Source: a virus | Taxonomy: Duplodnaviria > Caudoviricetes | DNA length: 64,000 bases | Virus record (IMG/VR): IMGVR_UViG_2684623024_000001 | Span: 4,207 to 68,206 of that record | Direction: 5' to 3' (one strand) | Shown here: one piece after another, positions 19,004-28,229 of the stretch | How the letters are laid out: each line of letters starts with the position of its first letter | Position numbering within the stretch: the first letter of the stretch is position 1 | Translations under genes and position numbers: made by a program | Notes under the pieces: generated by a model | Seen by the model: the letters and a program-made list of their open reading frames with translations, nothing else | The model's database searches: none | What the model was told of the DNA's origin: nothing

Positions 19004-22000
19004 CAGACCCGCCCCCCGCGCTGTGCGTTCCGCAGCCGGCGCATGATCTCCCCGGACAGCTCCTGCGGTGAGCTGTCGCGGCCTTGGACGGTGATCGGCA
19101 TGTTCTCCACCAGGGCTTTCGGCTGCTGTTGGACGACGGTGACCTTGATGGCAGTCGGCGGCCGGGCGTCGACGAGTCGCATGGCGGGTGCGGCGGCTCC
19201 GCTGGCCAGGCGCATACCGAAGCGCGTGGCGACGTCGTTCAGGACAGACAGGGCGCTGCTGCGCTTGGCGGCGCCGAGCGGGATGAATGCCTCGCCTCCC
19301 GTGCTCGGCTCGGCGAACTTGATCAGGCCACCGGAGGTTGCGTAGAGACCGGGCGTGAGGATGCCGCCGTTGGCGTACGACAAGCCCTTGTTGGCGCGGC
19401 TCAGGTCGGAGAAGAACTTGGCGCCCTTCGAGCCCAGTGCGCTCTTGAGACGGGAAAGGCCCAGGTTGGCGATCTCGATGATGTGGTCCTCATCGAGTCC
19501 GGTGGCTTCGGCTACCGCGTGCAAGCCGGTCGTCTTGCTCTTGACCGCGCTGATGATCGCGACCAGGTCCGGCAGGTCGTCAGCGGGTACGGTCTTGTCC
19601 GCGCTGCGGGCGGCGTCGTTCGCCGCCTTCGCCTTCTTCTTGTCCTTCACGGCCTGGGCGGCGAGGTCGGCCGCGTCCTGGTCTCCCTGCTGGGCCAGGC
19701 GCTTGGCCAGATCTCCGAAGCCGTTGGCCGCGAGCTTGGCGAGGTTCTGTTCGAAGCCGGTCTGGTCCTTCACCGCCTGGCGGAGCTGTCCGGTGTACTC
19801 GCCGAGGCTCGCCTTCGATGCTGCGGCTAGGTCCCGCAGGTCCTTCGCCATCGACCGCACGTAGCGTGAGCTGCCTGTCGCCATCTTGCGGGTGAGCGAG
19901 ACTCCCTCTTCGCCCATCTCTGCAAGAGCGTCCGCCACGTCCTGGCCGGCACGGCGAGCCACTGTGTCGAGGTCGCGGCGCCACCGCTGAGCGGTCGCCA
20001 CGGAGGAGTGCAGCTTCTTCGCGAAGAGGGCGAGGCTGAAGTTGCCCTTCTTGTCCTGCGAATCGCTGGCGATTCCCGAGAGGGAGTAGAGCGACTGGGG
20101 CCGGTAGGTGAAGCCCGAGAGGCCCCCTTCGGCGTGGTAGCTGACCTCCCCACCGAAGCGGTGGGCTACCTCCTCCAGGATGCGTTTGGACCTGGCCCGC
20201 TTGGCTCCGGCCAGCGGTATGTACGCCTCGCCCTGAGTCTCCGGCTCGGCCCACACACGCCATGCGCCGCCAGGCGCAATTTGGGCCGTGTGCTCCTCTC
20301 GGCGGCGCACGCCGCCGTCGGCGTAGAAGTCGAGCAGACCTCCGTTGGCCTGCTTCGTGGGGGCCTGGATCGAGTCCGGGACACCGTTACCGTCCTTGTC
20401 CCACGAGGATGCCTGGATCTTGGCGAAGAACGGGATGGTCACCGCGGCGGGCTTGTTGACAGTGACGGTGATCGTCTTGGTTCCGGGGATGCGCCCCACG
20501 GAAGCGCCGATGCCGTCGAGCTGGCTCTGAACGGCGGCCATGTCACCGGACAGCAGTGCGCTGGTGAGGGCGGTGGCTGCCTCCGTTCCCTTGGACTGGG
20601 CCACGGCAACGATGAGGCTGAGCATCCCGGACCACTCAGAGTTCGACTGGACTCCTGCCTGCTTGAAGGCGTGCACCACTCCGGACAGGTCGGGCGCCTT
20701 GATCGGCATGTCCGCGCCGTACATGTAGCTGAGCTGTGTGCGGATCTGCTCGACATCGCCCTTGAGGAAGGACTGTGCGAGCGAGGTGGACGCCTCCTTG
20801 CCGTACTTGGCGGAGACGTCCGCGAGCAGCTTCATGCCTTGTTCGAGCTGTGCGGACGCAGCCTTGGGCAGCTTGTTTGCTGCCTTCGACATGTCCGCGA
20901 CGGCCATGTCCTGCATGGCGCGGGCGAGCTTCCCCGGATCATTCGTCGCCGCGGCGTCAGCCCAGGCTTCGGCGACCTTCTTCCCGTACTTCGCCGAGAT
21001 GGCCGGTAGCTGCTCCAGGCCGGCTCGGAAGGCGGGAGTAGACCGGGCGGAAGACTCCTCGATGATCGATTCGAGTTCGTCGGCGACCTTGCCCTTGCCC
21101 TTTTCGAGCTGCTTCACCAACTCGTCAAGTATGGGCGCCGAGTCCGGGCCCAGGTTGGAGAAGTGGTCAGCGAGGTCCAGTCGGCCTTCGGTGGCGAGTA
21201 GCCCCAGGTTCTTCTGGAAGTCCCGCTGGGCCTTGAGCTGCTTGCGCAGCTCCTCGACGTAGTCGGCGAGCGACGCTTTGGAAGCGTCGGCGGAGCGGCC
21301 TGCCTTGCGGTTCGCCTCGGCGACCTTGTCCTGGGCCGCCTTCCACGCCTTCGCTGGATCGACGATCGAGGCGAGGGACTTCCCCATCGCCTCCATCTGG
21401 TCAGTGAACTGCGGGGCTCCGCTCTTGTCCGTCGGCAGGGCCTGGGTCAGGTCCCAAGCCCCAAGCATCTCCTTTCGGTTGTGCTTGATCTTGTTGTTGA
21501 CGATGGCCATGTTCGCGGCAAGCTCGTTCTCCTTCTTGACCGCGTTCGACCAGATCTTGTGCTGCTTGTCCAGCACCGTCTTTGCTCGGTCGAAGGAGAT
21601 GTCGTAGGTGTATACGCCGCCGCCGGATTCCCAGGACGCAGACTTTCCCGCAGCAAGCTCGTCCTTGAGGCGTTTCAGCTTCTCCCCGCCCGAGGTGATC
21701 GCATCGATGGCTGTGGTCACGTCCACGCCGGCGTCCTTGAGCTTCTTGACGTCGTCGCTGTTGGTCAGTTGCTCGGTGAGGGTGCGCAGGCCAGCACCTT
21801 GCTCGCCCTCATCGCGCTCTTTGCGGAGGGCGTCGACCAACTCATCGGTGGCCGCCTTGGCCTTCTGCTTGCTGGCCGAATATGCGGCGTACACCCCGAC
21901 GCCGATCGCCATCAGCGCGGTGAGGCCCGCCACTGCGATCCCGGCGCCGCTGAGGACAGCAGGCAGCATCGAGCCTCCTGCTCGTGCTGCCGCAAGCTCT

Positions 22001-23277
22001 GTGCGAAACACCGTGAGCTGCGCGCCGAACTTCAGGAACGCGGCCTTCCCCAGCAGCGCGGCGGCCGACAGCGCAATCATGATGCCCATCAGCGACTTCA
22101 CCGGGCCTGGAAGGTCGTTGATCGCCCCGGCCAGGACGTTCAGGTACTCCCCGACGCTCTGCAACGCCGGTAGCAGTACCCGGGCCATGTCGATGCCGAG
22201 GGCCTGGGCTTGGTTCTGGAACAGACTCCACTGACCGGCGGTCGTGTCCATCTGGATCGCGTACGCCTTGTGCGTCGCCCCGGCCCGCTCGACCTCCTGG
22301 CTGATGCCTTGGTAGGTCGCGGCGTAGTTCTTGCCGTCGGCGGCGGAGAGCGCCAGTGCAGCGCGAACCGCGCGGATGTCTCGCAGGAGGGGAACGAGCT
22401 GGTCCGCGCTGCCGCCAGTCGCGTTGCGGACCTTCTGCATGACGACGTACAGGCCGTCCTGCTGGAGGGCCGCGGCAGCCGACTCGTAGCCGAAGCCCTT
22501 GATCATGTCGGACAGCTCTTGGGTGGGCTTCATCATGCGCGTCAACAGCATGTTGAGGGCCGTGGCCGTCTCAGCTGCCGGGATGCCCGACAGAGTGATC
22601 GCCGCGAAGGCGGAGCTGAGGTCATCGAACTTCACTCCCGCCGCAGCCGCCATCGGTACGACATCACCGAGCTGCTGGGCCAGCTCTTCAAAGCTCACGA
22701 CGCCGTAGTTGACGGTCTGGAACATGACATCCATGACGTCGCTGGCCTGCGAGGCATCCATCCCGTACGCCTTGAGCACTCCGAGCAGGGCGCGGGCGGA
22801 CGTCTCGGTCGTCGTCAGGCCGGCTGCGGCACCGCGGGCCGCAACGCGCAGGATTGTCATGGCGTCCGCGCCGTCGAACCCGGTCGAGACAACCTGGTAC
22901 AAGCCCTCGGCAAGCTGGTCGGCGGACTGCGGGAGCTGCGTGCTCAGCTCGACGATCTGATCTGTGAACTTGCTGATGTTGGCGGCGTTGATCTCCTTGG
23001 AGATCGTCATGACGTTCGCCATGTGCTTCTCAAGCTCGATGGCGCTGCGTACGCCCATGACGAACGCTCCGCCGAGCGCGACTCCCATCACGGTGAACCC
23101 GGTGGCCATCGCGCGGCGGGTCCGATCCGACCGTGCCGCGAGAGCGTTGAGGTCGCCGTCGAGGCGGCGTACCTGACCGCCGAATGCGGTGACTTGGCCT
23201 GCCGCGGTGCGCAGACCGCCGACCAGGCCGGACACGCCGGCCTGTACCTGGACGTACAGGGTGTAGGCCCCAGCCAC
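19003..23277 (-). CDS. Tape measure protein
   Basis: 1424 aa, Ala-rich, TP901-like N-terminal core, two AEPxTxGEA(Y/F)IPL motifs. Confidence 0.95.
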   Translation of the reverse strand: MAGAYTLYVQVQAGVSGLVGGLRTAAGQVTAFGGQVRRLDGDLNALAARSDRTRRAMATGFTVMGVALGGAFVMGVRSAIELEKHMANVMTISKEINAANISKFTDQIVELSTQLPQSADQLAEGLYQVVSTGFDGADAMTILRVAARGAAAGLTTTETSARALLGVLKAYGMDASQASDVMDVMFQTVNYGVVSFEELAQQLGDVVPMAAAAGVKFDDLSSAFAAITLSGIPAAETATALNMLLTRMMKPTQELSDMIKGFGYESAAAALQQDGLYVVMQKVRNATGGSADQLVPLLRDIRAVRAALALSAADGKNYAATYQGISQEVERAGATHKAYAIQMDTTAGQWSLFQNQAQALGIDMARVLLPALQSVGEYLNVLAGAINDLPGPVKSLMGIMIALSAAALLGKAAFLKFGAQLTVFRTELAAARAGGSMLPAVLSGAGIAVAGLTALMAIGVGVYAAYSASKQKAKAATDELVDALRKERDEGEQGAGLRTLTEQLTNSDDVKKLKDAGVDVTTAIDAITSGGEKLKRLKDELAAGKSASWESGGGVYTYDISFDRAKTVLDKQHKIWSNAVKKENELAANMAIVNNKIKHNRKEMLGAWDLTQALPTDKSGAPQFTDQMEAMGKSLASIVDPAKAWKAAQDKVAEANRKAGRSADASKASLADYVEELRKQLKAQRDFQKNLGLLATEGRLDLADHFSNLGPDSAPILDELVKQLEKGKGKVADELESIIEESSARSTPAFRAGLEQLPAISAKYGKKVAEAWADAAATNDPGKLARAMQDMAVADMSKAANKLPKAASAQLEQGMKLLADVSAKYGKEASTSLAQSFLKGDVEQIRTQLSYMYGADMPIKAPDLSGVVHAFKQAGVQSNSEWSGMLSLIVAVAQSKGTEAATALTSALLSGDMAAVQSQLDGIGASVGRIPGTKTITVTVNKPAAVTIPFFAKIQASSWDKDGNGVPDSIQAPTKQANGGLLDFYADGGVRRREEHTAQIAPGGAWRVWAEPETQGEAYIPLAGAKRARSKRILEEVAHRFGGEVSYHAEGGLSGFTYRPQSLYSLSGIASDSQDKKGNFSLALFAKKLHSSVATAQRWRRDLDTVARRAGQDVADALAEMGEEGVSLTRKMATGSSRYVRSMAKDLRDLAAASKASLGEYTGQLRQAVKDQTGFEQNLAKLAANGFGDLAKRLAQQGDQDAADLAAQAVKDKKKAKAANDAARSADKTVPADDLPDLVAIISAVKSKTTGLHAVAEATGLDEDHIIEIANLGLSRLKSALGSKGAKFFSDLSRANKGLSYANGGILTPGLYATSGGLIKFAEPSTGGEAFIPLGAAKRSSALSVLNDVATRFGMRLASGAAAPAMRLVDARPPTAIKVTVVQQQPKALVENMPITVQGRDSSPQELSGEIMRRLRNAQRGGRV

Positions 23278-23280
23278 TGG

Positions 23281-23625
23281 CTACGCCTTCTTTCTGGGCC
23301 GAAGCCCGACCTTCACCCCACGCCCCTCCGGACCCTCCGGGACCTGCTCCTGCTCCATGGCAATCAGCTCGCAGCCGATGCACCGGTGCGTCTCGGTGAC
23401 GTACGCGAAGCGGTCGCCGCCCGCCTGCTCGTCCCACTCCCCCGGCCTGGTCCCACACGACTCGCACACGGTTCGCGAGTAGGCGAGGTAGGCGATGGCC
23501 TTCGCACGGTCGAGCGCCGACCACCGCCCGTCTCCTGCGCCGGTGAACTGCGAGTGCGGTATGCCGTACGAGTCACAGACCTCCATCTCCGTGCGGAAGC
23601 CCAGGTCGGAGATCAGCCTTTTCCC
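23281..23625 (-). CDS. Tail assembly chaperone GT (frameshift extension)
   Basis: Frame reached by a -1 slip at GGGAAAA (23619-23625). Confidence 0.75.
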   Translation of the reverse strand, partial: GKRLISDLGFRTEMEVCDSYGIPHSQFTGAGDGRWSALDRAKAIAYLAYSRTVCESCGTRPGEWDEQAGGDRFAYVTETHRCIGCELIAMEQEQVPEGPEGRGVKVGLRPRKKA

Positions 23626-24221
23626 AGGTCAGCCCTCAGCGTCTGGTTGGCCAGGAGAGCGCAGGTGAACAGGGCCTTGGCCTCGGAGTCCGGCCAGGCG
23701 TCCAGGAGTTCCTGTGCCTCCGGTTCGCTCATGCCAGGTACCTCTTGGCCCGACTCGTCCCGCTCGATGTGGCATGCGGCGATGAGGGCAGCCGGATAGG
23801 TCTCGACGTTGTACTCCATGCCCTGGTCCGCCTGGGCTTCTGTCGGGGGGTGATCGCGCAGGAGCTGTTCCCAGGCGGGCCGCGGCAGAGCACGGAAGGT
23901 CAGGACGACCGTCGCGTCCTCCAGGACACTTTCAACGGCGTCGAGTCGAAGCTGCGCAGCGACAACGTCCGGACGCGCGATCATCCACGCCTCGCGATCG
24001 ACCTCGGCGATCCCCTGCTCGATGGAATCGGCACGGGCGGTGGTGCGGGCTTTCGCCAGCTCCAGGGCCGCGTCGGTGGCGTTTTTCTTCGCCTCATCGT
24101 CGTCACACAGACGCAGGCTGCGCTCTGGCAGCTTGCGTGCCTTGAGCCGGGCCATCTTGGCGGACCAGTGGGCGTCCCGGGCGACTGCAGCGGCGGGCGG
24201 TTCAGCGTTAACGGTGGTCAT
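23613..24221 (-). CDS. Tail assembly chaperone G
   Basis: Between tail tube and tape measure; ends in LGKG with a slippery site. Confidence 0.8.
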   Translation of the reverse strand: MTTVNAEPPAAAVARDAHWSAKMARLKARKLPERSLRLCDDDEAKKNATDAALELAKARTTARADSIEQGIAEVDREAWMIARPDVVAAQLRLDAVESVLEDATVVLTFRALPRPAWEQLLRDHPPTEAQADQGMEYNVETYPAALIAACHIERDESGQEVPGMSEPEAQELLDAWPDSEAKALFTCALLANQTLRADLGKG

Positions 24222-24235
24222 GCGGCACCCCCGCC

Positions 24236-24730
24236 TCAGACGGTCTTCGCCGGCACGGCGACGTCGAGGACCGGTTCGTCGGTGATGCCGAAGGTGACCT
24301 TGAACTTGGCGGGCTCGCTCGCCGTGGAGTAGGAGGGGCTGCGGCTGCCGACGCGGACGGGGAAGACGTCCATCGACTTGGACTGCGGCACGTCGCCCTT
24401 GCGGAGGATGACGATGAAACCGATGACGCCTTTGGAGAGCAGGGTCTCGATGGTGTCGCTGACCTTGTCCTCGTAGAACGTCAGCGACGAGTTGTCGGCC
24501 TTGTCCTCGCCGGGGATGGTGGTAGCGAACGTGCTGCCCATGTCAGGGGTGTCGATCGGGGTGTTCTCCAACGACCATCCTTCGACGTCGGAGATGGTGT
24601 CCGACAGGTTCGTGGCGTTGGTGGGCGCCAGCTCGGCGCGGGTCGGGGTGTTGTCGTCGGAGGCGATCTTCTGCAGGAAGTAGAAGAGGGTGGTGCCTCG
24701 GCGCATAAAACGCTGCTGCGTGGTGGACAC
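24236..24730 (-). CDS. Major tail (tube) protein
   Basis: PTRAEL...DTPDMGSTF...IPG...DVFPV; synteny. Confidence 0.85.
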   Translation of the reverse strand: MSTTQQRFMRRGTTLFYFLQKIASDDNTPTRAELAPTNATNLSDTISDVEGWSLENTPIDTPDMGSTFATTIPGEDKADNSSLTFYEDKVSDTIETLLSKGVIGFIVILRKGDVPQSKSMDVFPVRVGSRSPSYSTASEPAKFKVTFGITDEPVLDVAVPAKTV

Positions 24731-24862
24731 GCGACTCTCACTCTCCGGGGACGCTGACGGCTCCGGAATGCGGCAGGCCCGTCCCCAACAGATCAAGCTG
24801 GGAGTCGGCCCGTACCGAGTGGTCGGGCGTCCGCGATGGGCCTCCGCGGTGAGGTGAGTCGG

Positions 24863-25297
24863 TTAGCTGCTGAGGGTGGTGACCTCGATCGCGAACCGCT
24901 GAACGTAACTGTATACGCCGCTGGCGACAGCCACGCCTTCTTCCTTGTCCAGCTCACGGGACATGACCACGTAGCCGGTAGCAGCGATCGGGTAGGTGTA
25001 GCCAAGCGGAGTGCGAGCCAGCATGCCCGATCGGACCTTGTCAGCCATCCACTCGGCCTGCTCGGCCGTCGTGGCAACTGAAGTGATTTGGTAGACGATT
25101 CGGGCGTCTGCGCTTGCGTCGCCGAAGGGCGGACCGTCGCTCGTGGAACCGACGGGATACAGCACGCAGTACGGCGTCGCGGCCCCCGTCGGCAGGCTGC
25201 TCGCTGTGGGTGCCGTTCCGTACCCGCACGATCTGCCCGTCGCGGTGCCGAGCATCGTCTGAACCGCGAGGCTGAGCACCCGTCCGGATACGGCCAT
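24863..25297 (-). CDS. Tail terminator-like protein
   Basis: PYCVLY...YQITSV...QAEWMADKV; synteny. Confidence 0.7.
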   Translation of the reverse strand: MAVSGRVLSLAVQTMLGTATGRSCGYGTAPTASSLPTGAATPYCVLYPVGSTSDGPPFGDASADARIVYQITSVATTAEQAEWMADKVRSGMLARTPLGYTYPIAATGYVVMSRELDKEEGVAVASGVYSYVQRFAIEVTTLSS

Positions 25298-25728
25298 CAG
25301 TCGCCCACCGCCGCTCCGACGGCTGCCAGGAATGCGGGCCGGATCTGCTCGACGGCCGGTCCCACGTGCGGAAACGGCGGCTGGTTGTAGATCCGCCCGA
25401 TGCTGTCTGCTCCGACGTAGCCATACTCCAGCCGCCTGCTTTGCGGCTTGTTGGTACCGACGATCGCCTCGACGTTCAGGCCGCTGGTGCTGAACTCGTG
25501 GGTCCATGAGCGACGGTAGTCGCCCGTCGGCGCGTTGGGCCCTGGTCTGCCGCTGGCGTTGGCCTTGATCGCGGTCTCCAGAAGCATGGCGTAGTGCTGC
25601 ACGACGCTGGCCACTGCGGGGAGCGCGGCTGCCGCGCGGGCATTCAACCGGGCCGCGATCTGGGGCGCGTTGCTGTATGCCCCCGCCAGTGGGTGAGCGT
25701 TTGGGTGCGGATTCTGCTGGGATGCCAT
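25297..25728 (-). CDS. HK97 gp10-like neck protein
   Basis: PTGDYRRSW...RRLEYG...QPPFPH. Confidence 0.8.
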   Translation of the reverse strand: MASQQNPHPNAHPLAGAYSNAPQIAARLNARAAAALPAVASVVQHYAMLLETAIKANASGRPGPNAPTGDYRRSWTHEFSTSGLNVEAIVGTNKPQSRRLEYGYVGADSIGRIYNQPPFPHVGPAVEQIRPAFLAAVGAAVGD

Positions 25729-26132
25729 CAGCTTGACTCCTGGGCTTGGTCGAACTCCCCCAGCGCCCACTGCTGGAGCTGCGCCAGAACAGCCTTGGTG
25801 AATCCGTGCGGGCCGCCGTCCATGTCCGGACGGGCGAGCGCCGCCTTCTCCAGCAGGCCGGCGTCGATGGCCGCCAGGAAGTGCGCTGCCGCCGGACCGG
25901 GTTCGTACGGGACGCCGATAGAGACCCGTGCATAGCCATCGAAGTCTGGGCTGGTTCTTCCCTGAGCACACTGGAGAACCAAATCCGGTGCATGGCCCGC
26001 TTGTTGGTGAATGGTGTAGCCGGAAATGACGTGCGAGTAGTCGACCCCGCCTATCTGTACCGACGCCTTGGTGCCGTCCACCGAGATCCTGACCTGCTGA
26101 AGCTCGGCGGGCGGAGTGTCCGTGATCTCCAT
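25728..26132 (-). CDS. hypothetical protein (head-tail module)
   Basis: 134-aa ORF; TACGCT 6 nt before ATG. Confidence 0.6.
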   Translation of the reverse strand: MEITDTPPAELQQVRISVDGTKASVQIGGVDYSHVISGYTIHQQAGHAPDLVLQCAQGRTSPDFDGYARVSIGVPYEPGPAAAHFLAAIDAGLLEKAALARPDMDGGPHGFTKAVLAQLQQWALGEFDQAQESS

Positions 26133-26172
26133 ACATCGAGCGTAGGGCGATTCTCAGACACTCCGATTCGCC

Positions 26173-26598
26173 TCACGACGGCGGCGTGATCTCGTCCAAC
26201 CGCGTCACGCGCACCAGTTCCACGGTTGATGCTTCGGCCGGGTCAAGGACCTGCCAGACACGCCCACCTGTTGCCGCGCTGCCCGAGTGCGCAACGGTCA
26301 CCTCGACCCGGTCGTACCGGGCTGGCACTGGCGCACCAAGTGGCGTCAGCAACCGGTACCAGGAAACGGTGTCGTCGAGCCACTGTTTGCCGATGATCCC
26401 CTCGGCGGTCACCTGGCCGTGTCCGGACAGCATGGAGCCGGGACCTTCGTAAACCAGGTCAGCAGGCACCTCTCCGAGGAGACCCGTGGCGAGGTCGAGT
26501 ACCGGCGTGCCCGTGGGCCGGGTGACCCGCACCGTATCGAGGAGGAGCTTGGCTTCCAGCTCCTTGCGGACTTCCTCTGGATCGATGGCGGTGGTCAC
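26173..26598 (-). CDS. DUF6093-like head-tail joining protein (paralog 2)
   Basis: LDTVRVTRP...VYEGPG...YRLLTPL. Confidence 0.7.
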   Translation of the reverse strand: MTTAIDPEEVRKELEAKLLLDTVRVTRPTGTPVLDLATGLLGEVPADLVYEGPGSMLSGHGQVTAEGIIGKQWLDDTVSWYRLLTPLGAPVPARYDRVEVTVAHSGSAATGGRVWQVLDPAEASTVELVRVTRLDEITPPS

Positions 26599-26599
26599 C

Positions 26600-27031
26600 T
26601 CACGCTCCTGTCGTCTGCGTGTTCTGGTCCACCCACGTGGTGCGGACGATGCTGAGAGTGGAGGTCTCCCCGATGTCGATCACTCGCCATGTCCGACCGA
26701 TGGCCGACTCGTCTTCGGCTTGCACGACGGTCACGGTGTCCTCGCGGGAGGCGACCGGCGCCGACAACGGAGTCAGCAGTCGGTACCGGGACGGGGTGTC
26801 GTCCACGTACGCCTGCCCGGCGAGGTGCAGGACAACGGAGGGCCCGCCAGTGGGGAAGATCGCGCCTGGGCCTTCGTAGATGGTGACGGGCGGACCGGGC
26901 TCGTACTGCCCTGTGTCCGGGTTGAAGATCGGCTCGCCAGGCCGGTAGATACGGATCTTGTCGGTGAGGATCTTCTTCTCAACGATCGCGCTGACGGCCC
27001 CCAGAGTCAGCCCTTCAGTAGGCACGCTCAT
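26600..27031 (-). CDS. DUF6093-like head-tail joining protein (paralog 1)
   Basis: TDKIRIYRP...IYEGPG...YRLLTPL. Confidence 0.7.
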   Translation of the reverse strand: MSVPTEGLTLGAVSAIVEKKILTDKIRIYRPGEPIFNPDTGQYEPGPPVTIYEGPGAIFPTGGPSVVLHLAGQAYVDDTPSRYRLLTPLSAPVASREDTVTVVQAEDESAIGRTWRVIDIGETSTLSIVRTTWVDQNTQTTGA

Positions 27032-27112
27032 GCGTTCGAGCGTAGCCGCGCCCGCCGACAGCCCGGAATCTGTGCCCTGGGCCGACTTCACCAGCCCCTC
27101 CCCACCACGACG

Positions 27113-28228
27113 TCAGGCACTAGCGGAAGGTGCTGCAGCACACACGCGGGTGATCACAGATTCGCTGGTGTTGAGGGCGGTGAACAGGTCCACTCGCAGG
27201 TCTTCGGGAATGGCGCCGGAGCCCAAAGCACACCCCTCGACGATTCTCTGAAGACGGCCTGCCTGCTGGGCGGTCATGTACTCGTGGCAACCAGGGTGAG
27301 ACAGCACATCGCGAGCTGCGTAGCCGTCGCCTACCGCGATGGTCTCCTCGACGAGATCTGTGGCGATACGGCTGGCAATCCCCGAACCCTGTCCGCCAGC
27401 AAGGTCGATGGCGGACAGCCCCAGCCGTGTGAGGAACACCGCCAGGCCAGCACTTCGCTCCAGGGAACGGTAGAGATCCACCAAGCCGTCGAGAGCAGTG
27501 TGGACCGGCAGGTTCGCCGTCCGCCTGCACAGCACCGTAAGAAGTACTGCAATCGTGCTCTCCCACGCCTCACCAGGAACGGTGCCACTCAGAAGGACCT
27601 CGGCCCGTTCGATGTCTCCCGCCGTGATGTGGGCTATGACGGCAACCTGGCGGCCGTCGAGCATTCTGCTGCCGATGCCCTTGTGCCGCTGGACCTGGGC
27701 GTGTGCCTCCGCCCACATGTCGGCGCTGGCCAGGGCGCGCGTACCGTCGGCCAGCAGTACGGTCCACAGCCATTGATGAAGCTTGCGACGGTCCTCGTTC
27801 GCCCCGGTGATGTGCTCAAAGGACACCTCGTTCCCGTCGATCGTGACGGCCGTGCCGGACGTCACCGCTCGGTACATCGAGTCGAGAAGAGCAAAGCCAC
27901 CGCCTCCGTCGCCGGAACGGATCAGCAGCCGCGCGAGGTTGACCAGGGGCTCCAGGCCGAACCGGGCGACCTGCGCACCCAGGGGCTGGGTGCGCAGGTA
28001 CGCCACGGCGTGACGCCAGCACAGAGCTGTGGCCAGGTCCGGAAGGGCACAGTCGCTGGCGAGCAGGGCCGCCTTGTTGAAGGCGGCAGATGCTGGAGCC
28101 AGCCGGCCTGTGCACTCGGCCTCCCGTGCAAGGCCGCCGATCTCCTGAACGCGATCCACGAGGGGCGAACAGGCCGGCCGAGGCCGGGCGACCAGCGGAA
28201 AACGCCGCACTATCTGGCTGGCGTCCAT
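27113..28228 (-). CDS. Conserved hypothetical protein of FxLD lanthipeptide clusters
   Basis: RFPLVARPRPAC...NKAALLASDC...LEPLVNLARL...LDGRQVAV; starts 1 nt after the methyltransferase stop. Confidence 0.7.
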   Translation of the reverse strand: MDASQIVRRFPLVARPRPACSPLVDRVQEIGGLAREAECTGRLAPASAAFNKAALLASDCALPDLATALCWRHAVAYLRTQPLGAQVARFGLEPLVNLARLLIRSGDGGGGFALLDSMYRAVTSGTAVTIDGNEVSFEHITGANEDRRKLHQWLWTVLLADGTRALASADMWAEAHAQVQRHKGIGSRMLDGRQVAVIAHITAGDIERAEVLLSGTVPGEAWESTIAVLLTVLCRRTANLPVHTALDGLVDLYRSLERSAGLAVFLTRLGLSAIDLAGGQGSGIASRIATDLVEETIAVGDGYAARDVLSHPGCHEYMTAQQAGRLQRIVEGCALGSGAIPEDLRVDLFTALNTSESVITRVCAAAPSASA

Positions 28229-28229
28229 C

